Positions 52,928 to 62,365 of a stretch of DNA of 64,000 nt are shown here, one piece after another. Each line of letters starts with the position of its first letter. Position 1 is the first letter of the stretch. A program made the position numbers and the translations under genes. Source of the stretch: a virus (lineage: Duplodnaviria; Heunggongvirae; Uroviricota; Caudoviricetes); the IMG/VR virus record IMGVR_UViG_3300021387_001267, positions 1-64,000 of that record. The stretch is one strand, 5' to 3'. Below the pieces are notes generated by a model. That model made no database searches, was not told where the DNA came from, and saw only the letters and a list, made by a program, of their open reading frames with translations.

Positions 52928-53075
52928 TTTGAATTTCTCCTTTAATTAAGGTTGCTTTCTTACTGGCTTTGTATTTCTTATAAAAAGATTCATTTAAGTC
53001 TCTCAGCCATTTCGGCTGAACGATCTTCATTTTATAGTTTTTAATCGGATAAACCGAGCTAATAGTGCACATAGA

Positions 53076-54317
53076 TTATCCATCGTACTCCGTAATATCT
53101 CTCGCAAGGAATCTTACTGCGTAAGGCCTCAGGTCATCGAATACGGCCGTATAGGTTGTGTCTTTGGTCATAGGACCAAGCGGAGGATCCCATCTGATAA
53201 ATGGAAATACTTCAGCGGTTCCTTTGCTTGTGGTCGGAATCGCTGCTGTATAATTCGGAGTCGTGTTATACGGAACAGCGTTAATCGTCTGCAGAGTTCC
53301 GCCGCCATCAGCACTGGCCTTCACGAACATCGCCTTATGAGTCTCTACGACTTCAGTGTAGGTTGCCGTATAAGTCGTAAATCCAGTCAGAGGTACAATC
53401 TGCTTGTCCCAGCCCGCGAAAGTGTAGGTATACCCCGGAACAGCAGGTCTTGTCGGAGTTTCGCCATTGTAAGTCGGAGTGGTTCCGATCGGGACATCAC
53501 GGTCTAATTCCAGCAGACTTCCATCCCAGTTCAGCCATGTAACGTTTGCCTCAGTCAGAACCTCGTGAACATCGGTATACTCTTCGATAGTTCTCGCAAG
53601 GAACTGAACAGTATAAGGTCTGTTATCCTTGAATACCGCAGTATAGGTCGTATTCTTCGTAATCGGTCCGAGCGCAGGTTCCCATCCTTCAAAGGTAATC
53701 TCAGGAGGAACGCCCTTCGTGGACGTAGGATCAGCAGAACCGAAATCCGGAGTTTCGCCGTAGTTTACCATTACGGTCTTAATTGTACCGCCGCCGTCAG
53801 AGGAATCCTTGATGAATGTTGCTGTAACCGTATTTGGAACTTCCTGGAACTGAGCTGTGTAGACTGCGTCTTCGTAAATAACAGTCGGCGAAGGACTCCA
53901 GCCGGTGAAGTTATAGCAATACTGCGTGGTCGAGGGTTTCGTCGGTGTAGTTCCGCTGTACGTAGATTTCGTACCGGCCTGAACTTCTTCCATTTTGATT
54001 ACACTGGAATCATAGTTCAGCCACTGAACCTGAACCATAATCGGAACTTCAGTGAAGGTCGCGGTATAAGTGGTGTCCCCTGTAACCGCCACAACCGAAG
54101 GAGTCCATCCGGCGAATTCGTAACGAACCGTCTGAGTTGCGGGCTTCGTCGGAGTAGGTCCTGCATATCCGGGAATCCCACCTTCCGCTGCTTTGGTATC
54201 TACGTAAAGATCAGATCCATCCCAGTTTTTCCACGTAACTGTGTACTTTGGGATAGTCTTATTCTCATCGAGGTATAGTAAAACTTTTCGTCGATTATCA
54301 AGCAATGACAATCTCAT
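53076..54317 (-). CDS. tail-associated protein with five Listeria-Bacteroides (Flg_new) repeats
   Basis: ORF track 413 aa; repeats ending Y.F.GW.P....TG.TTYTA.F; C-terminal RFLARDITEYDG matches the C-terminus of 56842..58974. Confidence 0.65.
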   Translation of the reverse strand: MRLSLLDNRRKVLLYLDENKTIPKYTVTWKNWDGSDLYVDTKAAEGGIPGYAGPTPTKPATQTVRYEFAGWTPSVVAVTGDTTYTATFTEVPIMVQVQWLNYDSSVIKMEEVQAGTKSTYSGTTPTKPSTTQYCYNFTGWSPSPTVIYEDAVYTAQFQEVPNTVTATFIKDSSDGGGTIKTVMVNYGETPDFGSADPTSTKGVPPEITFEGWEPALGPITKNTTYTAVFKDNRPYTVQFLARTIEEYTDVHEVLTEANVTWLNWDGSLLELDRDVPIGTTPTYNGETPTRPAVPGYTYTFAGWDKQIVPLTGFTTYTATYTEVVETHKAMFVKASADGGGTLQTINAVPYNTTPNYTAAIPTTSKGTAEVFPFIRWDPPLGPMTKDTTYTAVFDDLRPYAVRFLARDITEYDG

Positions 54318-54324
54318 TAGATCA

Positions 54325-54543
54325 TCACTCCTTTAATTCGCGCCATTTACTCCAGGTTTGTGTCTTTTCATTAAAGAAATACCAGTCTCCGGTATCTGTG
54401 TCGATCAGATTGCTGCCGTTTGCTACATTCTTAACAGGCTTTTCATCTGATGTATTGCAGTAACCTTCAAGGTATTCGATGTAGGTCGTCTTATTGCCGT
54501 CTTTAATCTCGCCGACAGTCTGACGTTTGGTATAACGAATCAT
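54325..54543 (-). CDS. small hypothetical protein
   Basis: ORF track 72 aa. Confidence 0.45.
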   Translation of the reverse strand: MIRYTKRQTVGEIKDGNKTTYIEYLEGYCNTSDEKPVKNVANGSNLIDTDTGDWYFFNEKTQTWSKWRELKE

Positions 54544-54555
54544 GGAGATAGTACC

Positions 54556-54600
54556 CCTTTCGTTTCAAATAAAAAGTGGGACCCGTGGCGAATGAGTGAC
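54556..54600 (-). terminator. 11-bp-stem hairpin (GGGACCCGTGG...CCACGAGTCCC) with flanking T/A runs
   Basis: Inverted repeat read from sequence, downstream of 54682..55791. Confidence 0.5.
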
Positions 54601-54681
54601 AAAACCACGAGTCCCGTATTCAATTAACCGGCGGTTGTAAAATAATAACTGACCCGCCGAGCAGTTTCATTATGAAAGGAA

Positions 54682-55791
54682 TTAGTCAGTACAAAAGCCG
54701 AAGACGACGCCAAGCGCGCTATTCGCGGCGGCGCTTTTATTATTACCACTTATGTCCACGTCGTTGAAATCACGTGAACCGTAAGCAGACCTAAGCCACC
54801 AGAGGAGCACGGTGCCCGAAGCGCCGTATTTTACTCGTGACCCCTGATTCGTGAAAAGATTGGAATATACAACCCCATCAGACTCAACATAAGATGCATT
54901 TGTAAATCCAACTTCTTTATAAGATGGAATCCAGATTTCATCGTTGGACGTTAAAGTCTCATTATTCGGAGATTTAGATTGATAAGACTTCTTTACAGAC
55001 ACAATATGAGATTTAATCTCGGTTGGAATCTTGGATAGAATATCACTGATAAGATAGCTTCTCATTTCAGAACCAGCCCATCCGCCTGAAGTGGTTTGAG
55101 ACTCGTTCATTTTATGCAAATAAGGAATTCCATGGCAGATCCATGTCATTTTAGCTGTACCACTGTTATCAGATTTAACATCTGTATTAAGGGCCGCTAA
55201 ATCCATTTTGATTTTGGTGCCATCTGTAAGTTCTAAAGTTTTAGTGTCTTTGACGATGTAGTCTGTTGCATAATTGCTATTTGCAAAAATATCAGTCCAA
55301 GAGTCCTCAATTGTATCGAAACTACTCAGAGGATACTTCTGAAGCTTTGTGATAAAGTAGTTCTTCCACACTGAGTCTGCTTTATATGTCGGTACAAGAT
55401 TCTCCGGCACATAAACAGCGCCTTCACCTTTTTCTATCAATGTTCCGGTTAGCGCAGAAGTTGCTACAAGTGTTGCCATACTCGGTCTGTCTATAACTAA
55501 ATGCTTTAGCTTCGAGCAGGCATTAAAAGCAAGTGGCGCAATTCTAAGCGAATTGGAAGATCCTTCTCCGCCTAACTTAACAACTTCAAGATTACGGCAT
55601 TCATGGAATGCGTAGTCCTTAATCTGTGAAACACCGGTAAGCTCTATAGACTGTAGACCAGTATTTTTATAGCACGCGTAAGTCTCTACAATTCCAATCC
55701 CATCTTCCTTCAGCTCTGTTAAACTGTGCTCGACCAATCCGTCAACCGTTGCCTGATCTCCGATGGTATCTCTTGTGTTTACAAAAGCCAT
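54682..55791 (-). CDS. BspA-type leucine-rich-repeat protein, putative receptor-binding protein (tandem paralog 1)
   Basis: ORF track 369 aa; BspA-type LRR N-domain (YAFHECRNLEVVKLG...LAFNACSKLKHL); shares long blocks with 55815..56831. Confidence 0.6.
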   Translation of the reverse strand: MAFVNTRDTIGDQATVDGLVEHSLTELKEDGIGIVETYACYKNTGLQSIELTGVSQIKDYAFHECRNLEVVKLGGEGSSNSLRIAPLAFNACSKLKHLVIDRPSMATLVATSALTGTLIEKGEGAVYVPENLVPTYKADSVWKNYFITKLQKYPLSSFDTIEDSWTDIFANSNYATDYIVKDTKTLELTDGTKIKMDLAALNTDVKSDNSGTAKMTWICHGIPYLHKMNESQTTSGGWAGSEMRSYLISDILSKIPTEIKSHIVSVKKSYQSKSPNNETLTSNDEIWIPSYKEVGFTNASYVESDGVVYSNLFTNQGSRVKYGASGTVLLWWLRSAYGSRDFNDVDISGNNKSAAANSALGVVFGFCTD

Positions 55792-55814
55792 TTAAAATCT
55801 CACCTCATTTCGGA

Positions 55815-56831
55815 TTAATCAGTGCAGAAGCCAAAGACGACACCGCAAACGCTATTTGCGAAGGCGGTGCCAGAGCCACCGGTGTTTTGTACGCATCTAA
55901 AATAACTAGCATCGCCGGCAGACCGAAGACACCAGAGGCTCGCTGAACCAGAACTATTGTATTTAGTACGAGTCGCATTGGAATTAAAAAGTCCAGAATA
56001 TACAACACCGTCGGATTCAGCAGGAGATGTATTCGCAAATCCGACTTCTTTATAAGACAGAATCCAGATCTCATCATCAGACCATAAAGTTTCATCATTC
56101 GGTAATTTGGTTCGATAATACTTCTTGACTGATACAATATGAGATTTAATCTCGGTTGGAATCTTGGATAGAATATCACTGATAAGATAGCTTCTCATCT
56201 CTGAATCGGCCCATCCACCAGCCGTTGTACTGGTCGCATTCATACGATGCGTCATAGGAATTCCATGACAGATCCATGTCATTTTAGCTGTACCGCTGTT
56301 ATCCGATTTAACGTCCGTATCAAGAGCTGCTAAATCCATTTTAATTTTTGTGCCATCGGTAAGCTCTAATGTTTTAGTATCCTTAACGGCATAAGCTGTG
56401 GCGTAATCCGGATTGGTAAGGATCATTGGCCATGTATCAGGAATACTATCAAAGTTTGCTCTCGGGTATTCGCCAAGAGGGTAAATATTCGCCGCAATTT
56501 CGCTCCAGTTGGTCGCCGACTTATAGGAATCAAGAAGATCTGCCGGAACATAAATGCCGCCATCGCCTAACTTGATGCTTGTGCCATTAAATGCTGAAGT
56601 CGAGGATAATGAACTTCTTGTGGTGCTTCTTACAACAAGATGCTTCATCGCCGTACATTGGTTAAATGCATATTCTGCAATGCTCACTGCTGCTTCTGAA
56701 GTCAAGTCCACAGCTTCCAGTTTCTTTGCACCACTAAAAGCATTCGCCTCAATCACAGGCGCAGACACCACGGCTCTCTCAAGATTCGGGTGATTATAGA
56801 ACGCATAGGTTCCAACTTTCGATATGCTCAT
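55815..56831 (-). CDS. BspA-type leucine-rich-repeat protein, putative receptor-binding protein (tandem paralog 2)
   Basis: ORF track 338 aa; ~85% nucleotide identity to paralog 1 across the DYATAYAVKDTKTLELTDGTKIKMDLAALDTDVKSDNSGTAKMTWICHGIP region. Confidence 0.6.
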   Translation of the reverse strand: MSISKVGTYAFYNHPNLERAVVSAPVIEANAFSGAKKLEAVDLTSEAAVSIAEYAFNQCTAMKHLVVRSTTRSSLSSTSAFNGTSIKLGDGGIYVPADLLDSYKSATNWSEIAANIYPLGEYPRANFDSIPDTWPMILTNPDYATAYAVKDTKTLELTDGTKIKMDLAALDTDVKSDNSGTAKMTWICHGIPMTHRMNATSTTAGGWADSEMRSYLISDILSKIPTEIKSHIVSVKKYYRTKLPNDETLWSDDEIWILSYKEVGFANTSPAESDGVVYSGLFNSNATRTKYNSSGSASLWCLRSAGDASYFRCVQNTGGSGTAFANSVCGVVFGFCTD

Positions 56832-56841
56832 AAGGTTTGTT

Positions 56842-58974
56842 TCACCCCTCGTATTCTCTTAATGTCCGCGCCAGGAACTGGATAACAATATTCCGATTAT
56901 CCTGGAATTTCGCGGTATAGGTTGTATTTGCGGAAATAGGTCCAAGTGCAGGCTCCCAACCGATAAACTCGAACTCCGTACTATCGCCCTGGGTTGTGGT
57001 GGGTGTAGATCCGCCGTAGACAGGGGTCGTATTCTCGGCAAAGCGTCCGGACCACAGAGTTTGTCCGCCATCGTCAGCGGATGTGACGAATGTTGCAGTA
57101 TAATGCGGAATGTATGTTGCGATATAGACCGTATTGCCAGTAATCGGGCCAACTTCCGGAGTCCAGCCTGTAGAAGCTACACCATCCTGTGTCGGAGTTG
57201 CTCCATTGTAAGTCGGAGTCGTACCGTAAGGAACATTTGTGTCGGTCTCGAGAACCGCGCCATTGGCATTCTTCCATGTAACTGTGTACTTATTCACGAC
57301 GCTTGTATACGCCGCATAGACACTTCGGTTCGCAGTAACTGCATTCCGTGCGCTGCTATCAGCGCTTCCATTTTGAATGGTGCTCCAGCCTGCAAATGTA
57401 TAAGTATACTGAGCATTAGCAGCTCTTGCCGGTTCTCCGTTCCATGTGCCGTTACCGCCATCAACAATCGTCTCGGTATGCAGAATCTCACTGCCGTCAT
57501 AGTTATAATACGTAAGCAGTGTCGTCGTATGATCGGCCGTCGGATTAATATATGGATACCTTGCCTTCAGCTCGGCAATCTCATCACCGCTCAGCCGATC
57601 AACATGCACTTCCCCACTGATTACAGGTTTCGCCAGAGACGGGTCCGAAGTTTTGTCGTGATAAATCCATTCACCAGTGGACGGATTTCTTTCTCTGGTA
57701 AAGCCTTCCATCGTATCCAACAAATCGTAGAAATCGTCGATCGCTGCCTTATCGGTAAGCGCCAGATACAGACCTTGAATATTAACCTGCGAATGCGCAG
57801 GAATGCCTTCAAGAATGTCAACCAGCGGCACAACCGTGGTGTTAATATTCGAGAGCATCAAGCTCTGTATATTCGTGTAATTCGGCAGCACAAACTCATT
57901 CAGCTTCGTAAGATTCAGAAGTGTCAAAGTCGTAATCGTACTAGGCAGATGCAATTTCTCTATCACGCAGCCATCCGCCAGCTCAACTCCGGTTATAGCA
58001 GTACCGTCAAAATACGCCTCAACCAGTCTCGGTGAATTTTCAAGATTCACAGGGATCGCAAGCCTCGGGCAATTCCTTACATCCAGATACTCCAGCAGCG
58101 GACTGTTCTGCACGTTAATGGTTGTGAGGTTTGCATTGGAATAACTCGCAGCTTCGTCACCGATCTTCAGTCTTCGAAGCAGTGTCGCTTTTGAGAAGTC
58201 GCATTCGTTCGGATAAAATACGCTCAGATCTGAAATATCGGTAACCAGATTCCCGGAATGAATCCAGGTCTCCATTTCTGTAACGCCGGTCGGGACAATG
58301 TAAGGAAATGAAGCCTCTTCTCCGGCATCCACTCGTACCATGGCCGGAGTTGTACCGCCGCCAAAGCTAACTGCGGCATACCCCGGAATTGCCATTTTGA
58401 ATTTCAGAACACCGGCGTTAAACAAACGAAGGTTGATAATATTCGCTGAGGCATTGCCGGTATCGTATTTGCTGTCCAGATACCGGAAGCGATTATAGAT
58501 CCACCATTTGCGCTGCTCTTCCTTACTCCCCTGCAGCATCGTGAGATACCGGTCGGTCTTAATCAGTCTTCCTGTCTCCTCGTCAACTGTTACAGGATCA
58601 ACCAGCGGCGTAATGTACTTAACATAGGCATCCTCATTGAAAATCGCTTCCGGCCAGTAGGCCTGATGATCTTCAAAACGCTTTTCAATGGCGTCATAAG
58701 TCCAGGCGCCGGTACGAAGATCGCGATACATCTGAGTCAATTCGCCTCTAAATGCGTCGCGGAGATTGTTCCAGAAGACCGAGTCCTGAGCGTTGAACAC
58801 AGGAGCATTCGATCCTCCGGAGTCGCTTCCGCTGATCACGCTATCAACGGTATCAGTATCCTCCAGATAAGGAGAAAACATCAGAACGCCGGAGTTGTTG
58901 GTACCCGCTGCAGTGTCCATATCGTAAGGCTCGAATACTGCTTTGCGGTCCATTTTACGGTCTGAATCCGCCAT
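56842..58974 (-). CDS. large tail protein with LRR-like central region and C-terminal Flg_new repeats
   Basis: ORF track 56842..59019; start moved to MADSDRK with AAGGAGGAAATC SD; C-terminal ~200 aa paralogous to 53076..54317. Confidence 0.6.
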   Translation of the reverse strand: MADSDRKMDRKAVFEPYDMDTAAGTNNSGVLMFSPYLEDTDTVDSVISGSDSGGSNAPVFNAQDSVFWNNLRDAFRGELTQMYRDLRTGAWTYDAIEKRFEDHQAYWPEAIFNEDAYVKYITPLVDPVTVDEETGRLIKTDRYLTMLQGSKEEQRKWWIYNRFRYLDSKYDTGNASANIINLRLFNAGVLKFKMAIPGYAAVSFGGGTTPAMVRVDAGEEASFPYIVPTGVTEMETWIHSGNLVTDISDLSVFYPNECDFSKATLLRRLKIGDEAASYSNANLTTINVQNSPLLEYLDVRNCPRLAIPVNLENSPRLVEAYFDGTAITGVELADGCVIEKLHLPSTITTLTLLNLTKLNEFVLPNYTNIQSLMLSNINTTVVPLVDILEGIPAHSQVNIQGLYLALTDKAAIDDFYDLLDTMEGFTRERNPSTGEWIYHDKTSDPSLAKPVISGEVHVDRLSGDEIAELKARYPYINPTADHTTTLLTYYNYDGSEILHTETIVDGGNGTWNGEPARAANAQYTYTFAGWSTIQNGSADSSARNAVTANRSVYAAYTSVVNKYTVTWKNANGAVLETDTNVPYGTTPTYNGATPTQDGVASTGWTPEVGPITGNTVYIATYIPHYTATFVTSADDGGQTLWSGRFAENTTPVYGGSTPTTTQGDSTEFEFIGWEPALGPISANTTYTAKFQDNRNIVIQFLARTLREYEG

Positions 58975-58990
58975 TTTGATTTCCTCCTTA

Positions 58991-61900
58991 TCAGATTTCG
59001 CTGCCGTCAAAACCGACAAACATGTTCTTCGCTCGGCTGTCGATCATCAGGAACAGCTCGGTGAACAGATAATAAAAGACTGCGCTGTCGATCTCCACAT
59101 AATCGCTCAGTTCTGCTCTGAACTTGGAGAGTCGATACGCAGCCGTATCTTTTGTAAATGTTACGATTTTTCGCCCGGTGTTTACGCCTTCGATAATCTC
59201 ATCCGCAACCGTAAAACTGCTGTCTGTCGCGCTGTACGGACTGATCGTGGCATCCGACGGGAGCGTATAGGTAACTGATGCAGGAAGGTTTTCATTCGTC
59301 GCAGTATCGCGCCAGGTGGATTTTACCCAGCTGAGAAATTCCTTGAGTTTCGAATAGTCACGCCATTCATCACTCGGGAATCTTGCCTCAAAGTCGTCAT
59401 ACCAGGTCGGATAGCTTGTCTGGGTCAGAGCGTCGTAGGACATGGAAGTAAAGTCGTCGTCCTGAAACTTCACGTTTGCCGAGTTGTTTCGTTCCCACTC
59501 CCAGCTTTCCATATTGCCGGAATATCCATAAGGCGCCGGTGCACGTTTCGGCAGGTTGAAATTGTACTTGCCAAGAAACGTCGTGCTTCGATCGCTTGGA
59601 TTATACCAGAAGACCACAACCGGATAGCCCTCGATGCCATATCGAACCTTGTCGTTTTCCCGCATTGCCGGGGTTCTGTACGGGCAGGTGTCGTTGTAGA
59701 ACATCGTGAGTTCTGTATTGTTTGCGCCTTCGCTCGAGGCCACATCAGCCTTCAGAACAAAACGGTTAAACGGGATTGAATCATCCCGAAGCTTATAGTT
59801 CGAAACAACACCGCTCTGCATGGTAAAGCCACCCTTAAACTGCAGGTCATAGTTCTTTCGATAGTAAATCGCCGAGCTGGTACCCTGAACATTGATCTGA
59901 CAGCCTTCGAATGTAAACGATCTCGCGTTACTCGTCGGATCTACATAAGACCCGGAAATTGTCTTCTTATCTCCCTTGTACTGCGGAAGCTCTTTCGCGT
60001 TCAGCACGAAATACGGAAGATTCGAAGGCAAATTCGCGGCCACGATTTGAGACGCGTCATTGTAGACCTGATTATGCTGGTATCGCTCTACCATCAAATC
60101 ACCGACCTGGGTATCGGCAATCCAGTTATCCAATACCTGTCTCCTGTTAAGGCTGTTGTCATAGACTCGAATAGCATAAATATCAATTCCGCAGTCATTC
60201 GATCCAATACTGATGCTGACCGGGTTTCGCTGGCTGAATCGTTCGCCAGACGCGTACTGAATTGCTCTTGACATAATTCCGTTGATATACATCAGAATCA
60301 GTCTGTTCTCGGTCTGCTTCTCGACAACAATCGTCAGTCTGACATGCTCATTGTCCTTATAGAGCGTACTGAGGGAGCTCTGGGCGCCTCTGAATTCAAC
60401 ACTCTGAGGAGTGATTTTCAGACCGACGTTATCGGACATGCAGTTCAGAATCGTGGCGTTATAGTCGGCTACCTGCCGTGTCGCGAACTCAATCTCGATC
60501 GTCTTTCCGGTCGACTTGAAGTCAGACTCGAAGATTTGATAAGGAATTGTAATCCGTGCATCATCGGAAAGACGCATGACCACAATTCCATCGTCATCCG
60601 TCTGCCAGCCGTTCAGAGCCCAGTTAAAGTTCTGAAGCTGAGCAGTAATCATCTCATGCGTTGCCGGATTTTCATAACGCCAGATATCACGGGTCTCCTC
60701 ATTATTGGATCGGCCCTGTGTATTTAAATATAGCACAAGGTCTTCCGTTTCAGCCTGCACGTTGACATTTACTTCATTTACGTGGAAGCTGATCACCTTC
60801 GGAGTTGTGCCTTCACCGGCCGAAATCTTGAATACCACATCCCCGGCTTCAAGAGCACGGTAAGAATAGCTTGCTTCAGAACGGTCAACTTCCGGAGAAG
60901 AAACCAGCTCGTCATTTACATACAGATAAACTCTGCGCTTATCATTCTGCGGATCATAAACTCGGTAAGGAATTGTAACGGTCGAATACTGCTGCACCTG
61001 TGTAAGTCCGAACGAACTTGTGATGATGACCGTATTGTTTCCCTCTTCAATTGAGATAAACTCAAAATATAACTCGTTGCTTCGTACCGGCTCGCCGTTA
61101 ATCTCGCAGTCAAAGTAAACCCGGAGCGAATGACCTCCATGAGCCTGCGCCGGGATCTGATACGTAACCTGATTGTTCGTAACGGAAGTTTCCTGCGTTC
61201 CGATCTCCGTTCCGTCCAGTATAAAATGAACGGTCTTCGGGAGAGATCCAATAGGTGTATACGGGAAAGGAATTTTGCCGGTATACGGAACGCTGGTATC
61301 GAAGGACGAGGAAAGTGAAATGGACGTTACCATAATCGAGAAGGCAAACGTCTTTTTGTTGGAATAAATATCAGTCAGGGTCAGAATGCAGGAGTTCAGT
61401 CCGGTATTGCAGTATTTCGCAAGATCAACTCGTACAATGCCCTGATCTACCTGCAGGACTGCCGGAGCCGCACCATTCACGGCAATTGCAAGGCGCCCCG
61501 GACCTGTCGGAATTTCATCCTCAATCGAGCTCCAGGTAATCGATGCGATGCATTCGGAATCAGACGCGATCGTCTTGGACATCCATCCACTGGAGTTTGT
61601 CGCTGTAAATTTGGCGTTGGTAGTGCTTCCGCCGCCACCTCCGCCTCCTCCCCCGCCGCCAGAGAACGGACCGAGAGGACCGACGACATCTTCGCTGTTT
61701 GATGTCAAATATAAAAAACCATCTTCGGTGACATACGCGCCGTCAACCTTTCGAATCGTTGCAAGTTCAAGGTCTGTAACCCGAACCTTCAGATCCTGAA
61801 CATCAGCGGATAGTGCAAAGATTCCCTGCGCATTGCGAAGGAACTCTTCCACGATATCTGTATTCGCTTCAATATCCTCGCGTATCGCGTAATTGGTTTC

Positions 61901-62335
61901 AAGACCCTGAACCACAGGGAGCGAGTGAATGGCCGTATTGTATTCACGGAGAATATCACCGCTCTCGGCATCAAAAAGCTTTGCGCAGACAATAAAACGC
62001 ACATTGCCAACATAAAGACAGGCATGTCTCTGAACGGTCCAGGAGAAGGTAATATCATTCTCGCCGACTTCTTTGTCGATCACGAGGTAGACATCGCCTT
62101 CTCCTGCCGCGTTCATATAATTTACTCGGAAATCAAAGTCGCCGAGGTCAATGGTATTGCAGTACCGCGGGCAGCGAAAGTGAAGTATGTTGACATTTTC
62201 ATCGCTGGTAACGCCCAACAGTTGCTTCTTGGACGGAATTGTGATCCGTCTGAAATCGTGGTCGATAGTCAGCCACTCAGTTGTATCTTCGCTGTTTTCG
62301 CCGACGACAGAGGCCGACTGAAATAGCTCATCCAT
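58991..62335 (-). CDS. large tail fibre protein (1114 aa) with Gly13 linker
   Basis: ORF track; N-terminal domain shared with 48019..49971; GGGGGGGGGGGGG hinge at ~aa 225. Confidence 0.7.
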   Translation of the reverse strand: MDELFQSASVVGENSEDTTEWLTIDHDFRRITIPSKKQLLGVTSDENVNILHFRCPRYCNTIDLGDFDFRVNYMNAAGEGDVYLVIDKEVGENDITFSWTVQRHACLYVGNVRFIVCAKLFDAESGDILREYNTAIHSLPVVQGLETNYAIREDIEANTDIVEEFLRNAQGIFALSADVQDLKVRVTDLELATIRKVDGAYVTEDGFLYLTSNSEDVVGPLGPFSGGGGGGGGGGGSTTNAKFTATNSSGWMSKTIASDSECIASITWSSIEDEIPTGPGRLAIAVNGAAPAVLQVDQGIVRVDLAKYCNTGLNSCILTLTDIYSNKKTFAFSIMVTSISLSSSFDTSVPYTGKIPFPYTPIGSLPKTVHFILDGTEIGTQETSVTNNQVTYQIPAQAHGGHSLRVYFDCEINGEPVRSNELYFEFISIEEGNNTVIITSSFGLTQVQQYSTVTIPYRVYDPQNDKRRVYLYVNDELVSSPEVDRSEASYSYRALEAGDVVFKISAGEGTTPKVISFHVNEVNVNVQAETEDLVLYLNTQGRSNNEETRDIWRYENPATHEMITAQLQNFNWALNGWQTDDDGIVVMRLSDDARITIPYQIFESDFKSTGKTIEIEFATRQVADYNATILNCMSDNVGLKITPQSVEFRGAQSSLSTLYKDNEHVRLTIVVEKQTENRLILMYINGIMSRAIQYASGERFSQRNPVSISIGSNDCGIDIYAIRVYDNSLNRRQVLDNWIADTQVGDLMVERYQHNQVYNDASQIVAANLPSNLPYFVLNAKELPQYKGDKKTISGSYVDPTSNARSFTFEGCQINVQGTSSAIYYRKNYDLQFKGGFTMQSGVVSNYKLRDDSIPFNRFVLKADVASSEGANNTELTMFYNDTCPYRTPAMRENDKVRYGIEGYPVVVFWYNPSDRSTTFLGKYNFNLPKRAPAPYGYSGNMESWEWERNNSANVKFQDDDFTSMSYDALTQTSYPTWYDDFEARFPSDEWRDYSKLKEFLSWVKSTWRDTATNENLPASVTYTLPSDATISPYSATDSSFTVADEIIEGVNTGRKIVTFTKDTAAYRLSKFRAELSDYVEIDSAVFYYLFTELFLMIDSRAKNMFVGFDGSEI

Positions 62336-62365
62336 TCTTTTCTTCCTCCTGCCCAGGGTTTGTTA

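Noticed and set aside
61615-61665. Gly13 tract as a slipped-strand phase-variation site
   Set aside because: It is encoded by mixed GGN codons (GGC/GGA/GGT/GGG), not a homopolymeric or short-unit DNA repeat.
53076-62335. Diversity-generating retroelement acting on the fibre genes
   Set aside because: No reverse transcriptase ORF and no template/variable repeat pair with adenine-specific mismatches. The similarity between fibre genes is ordinary paralogy.
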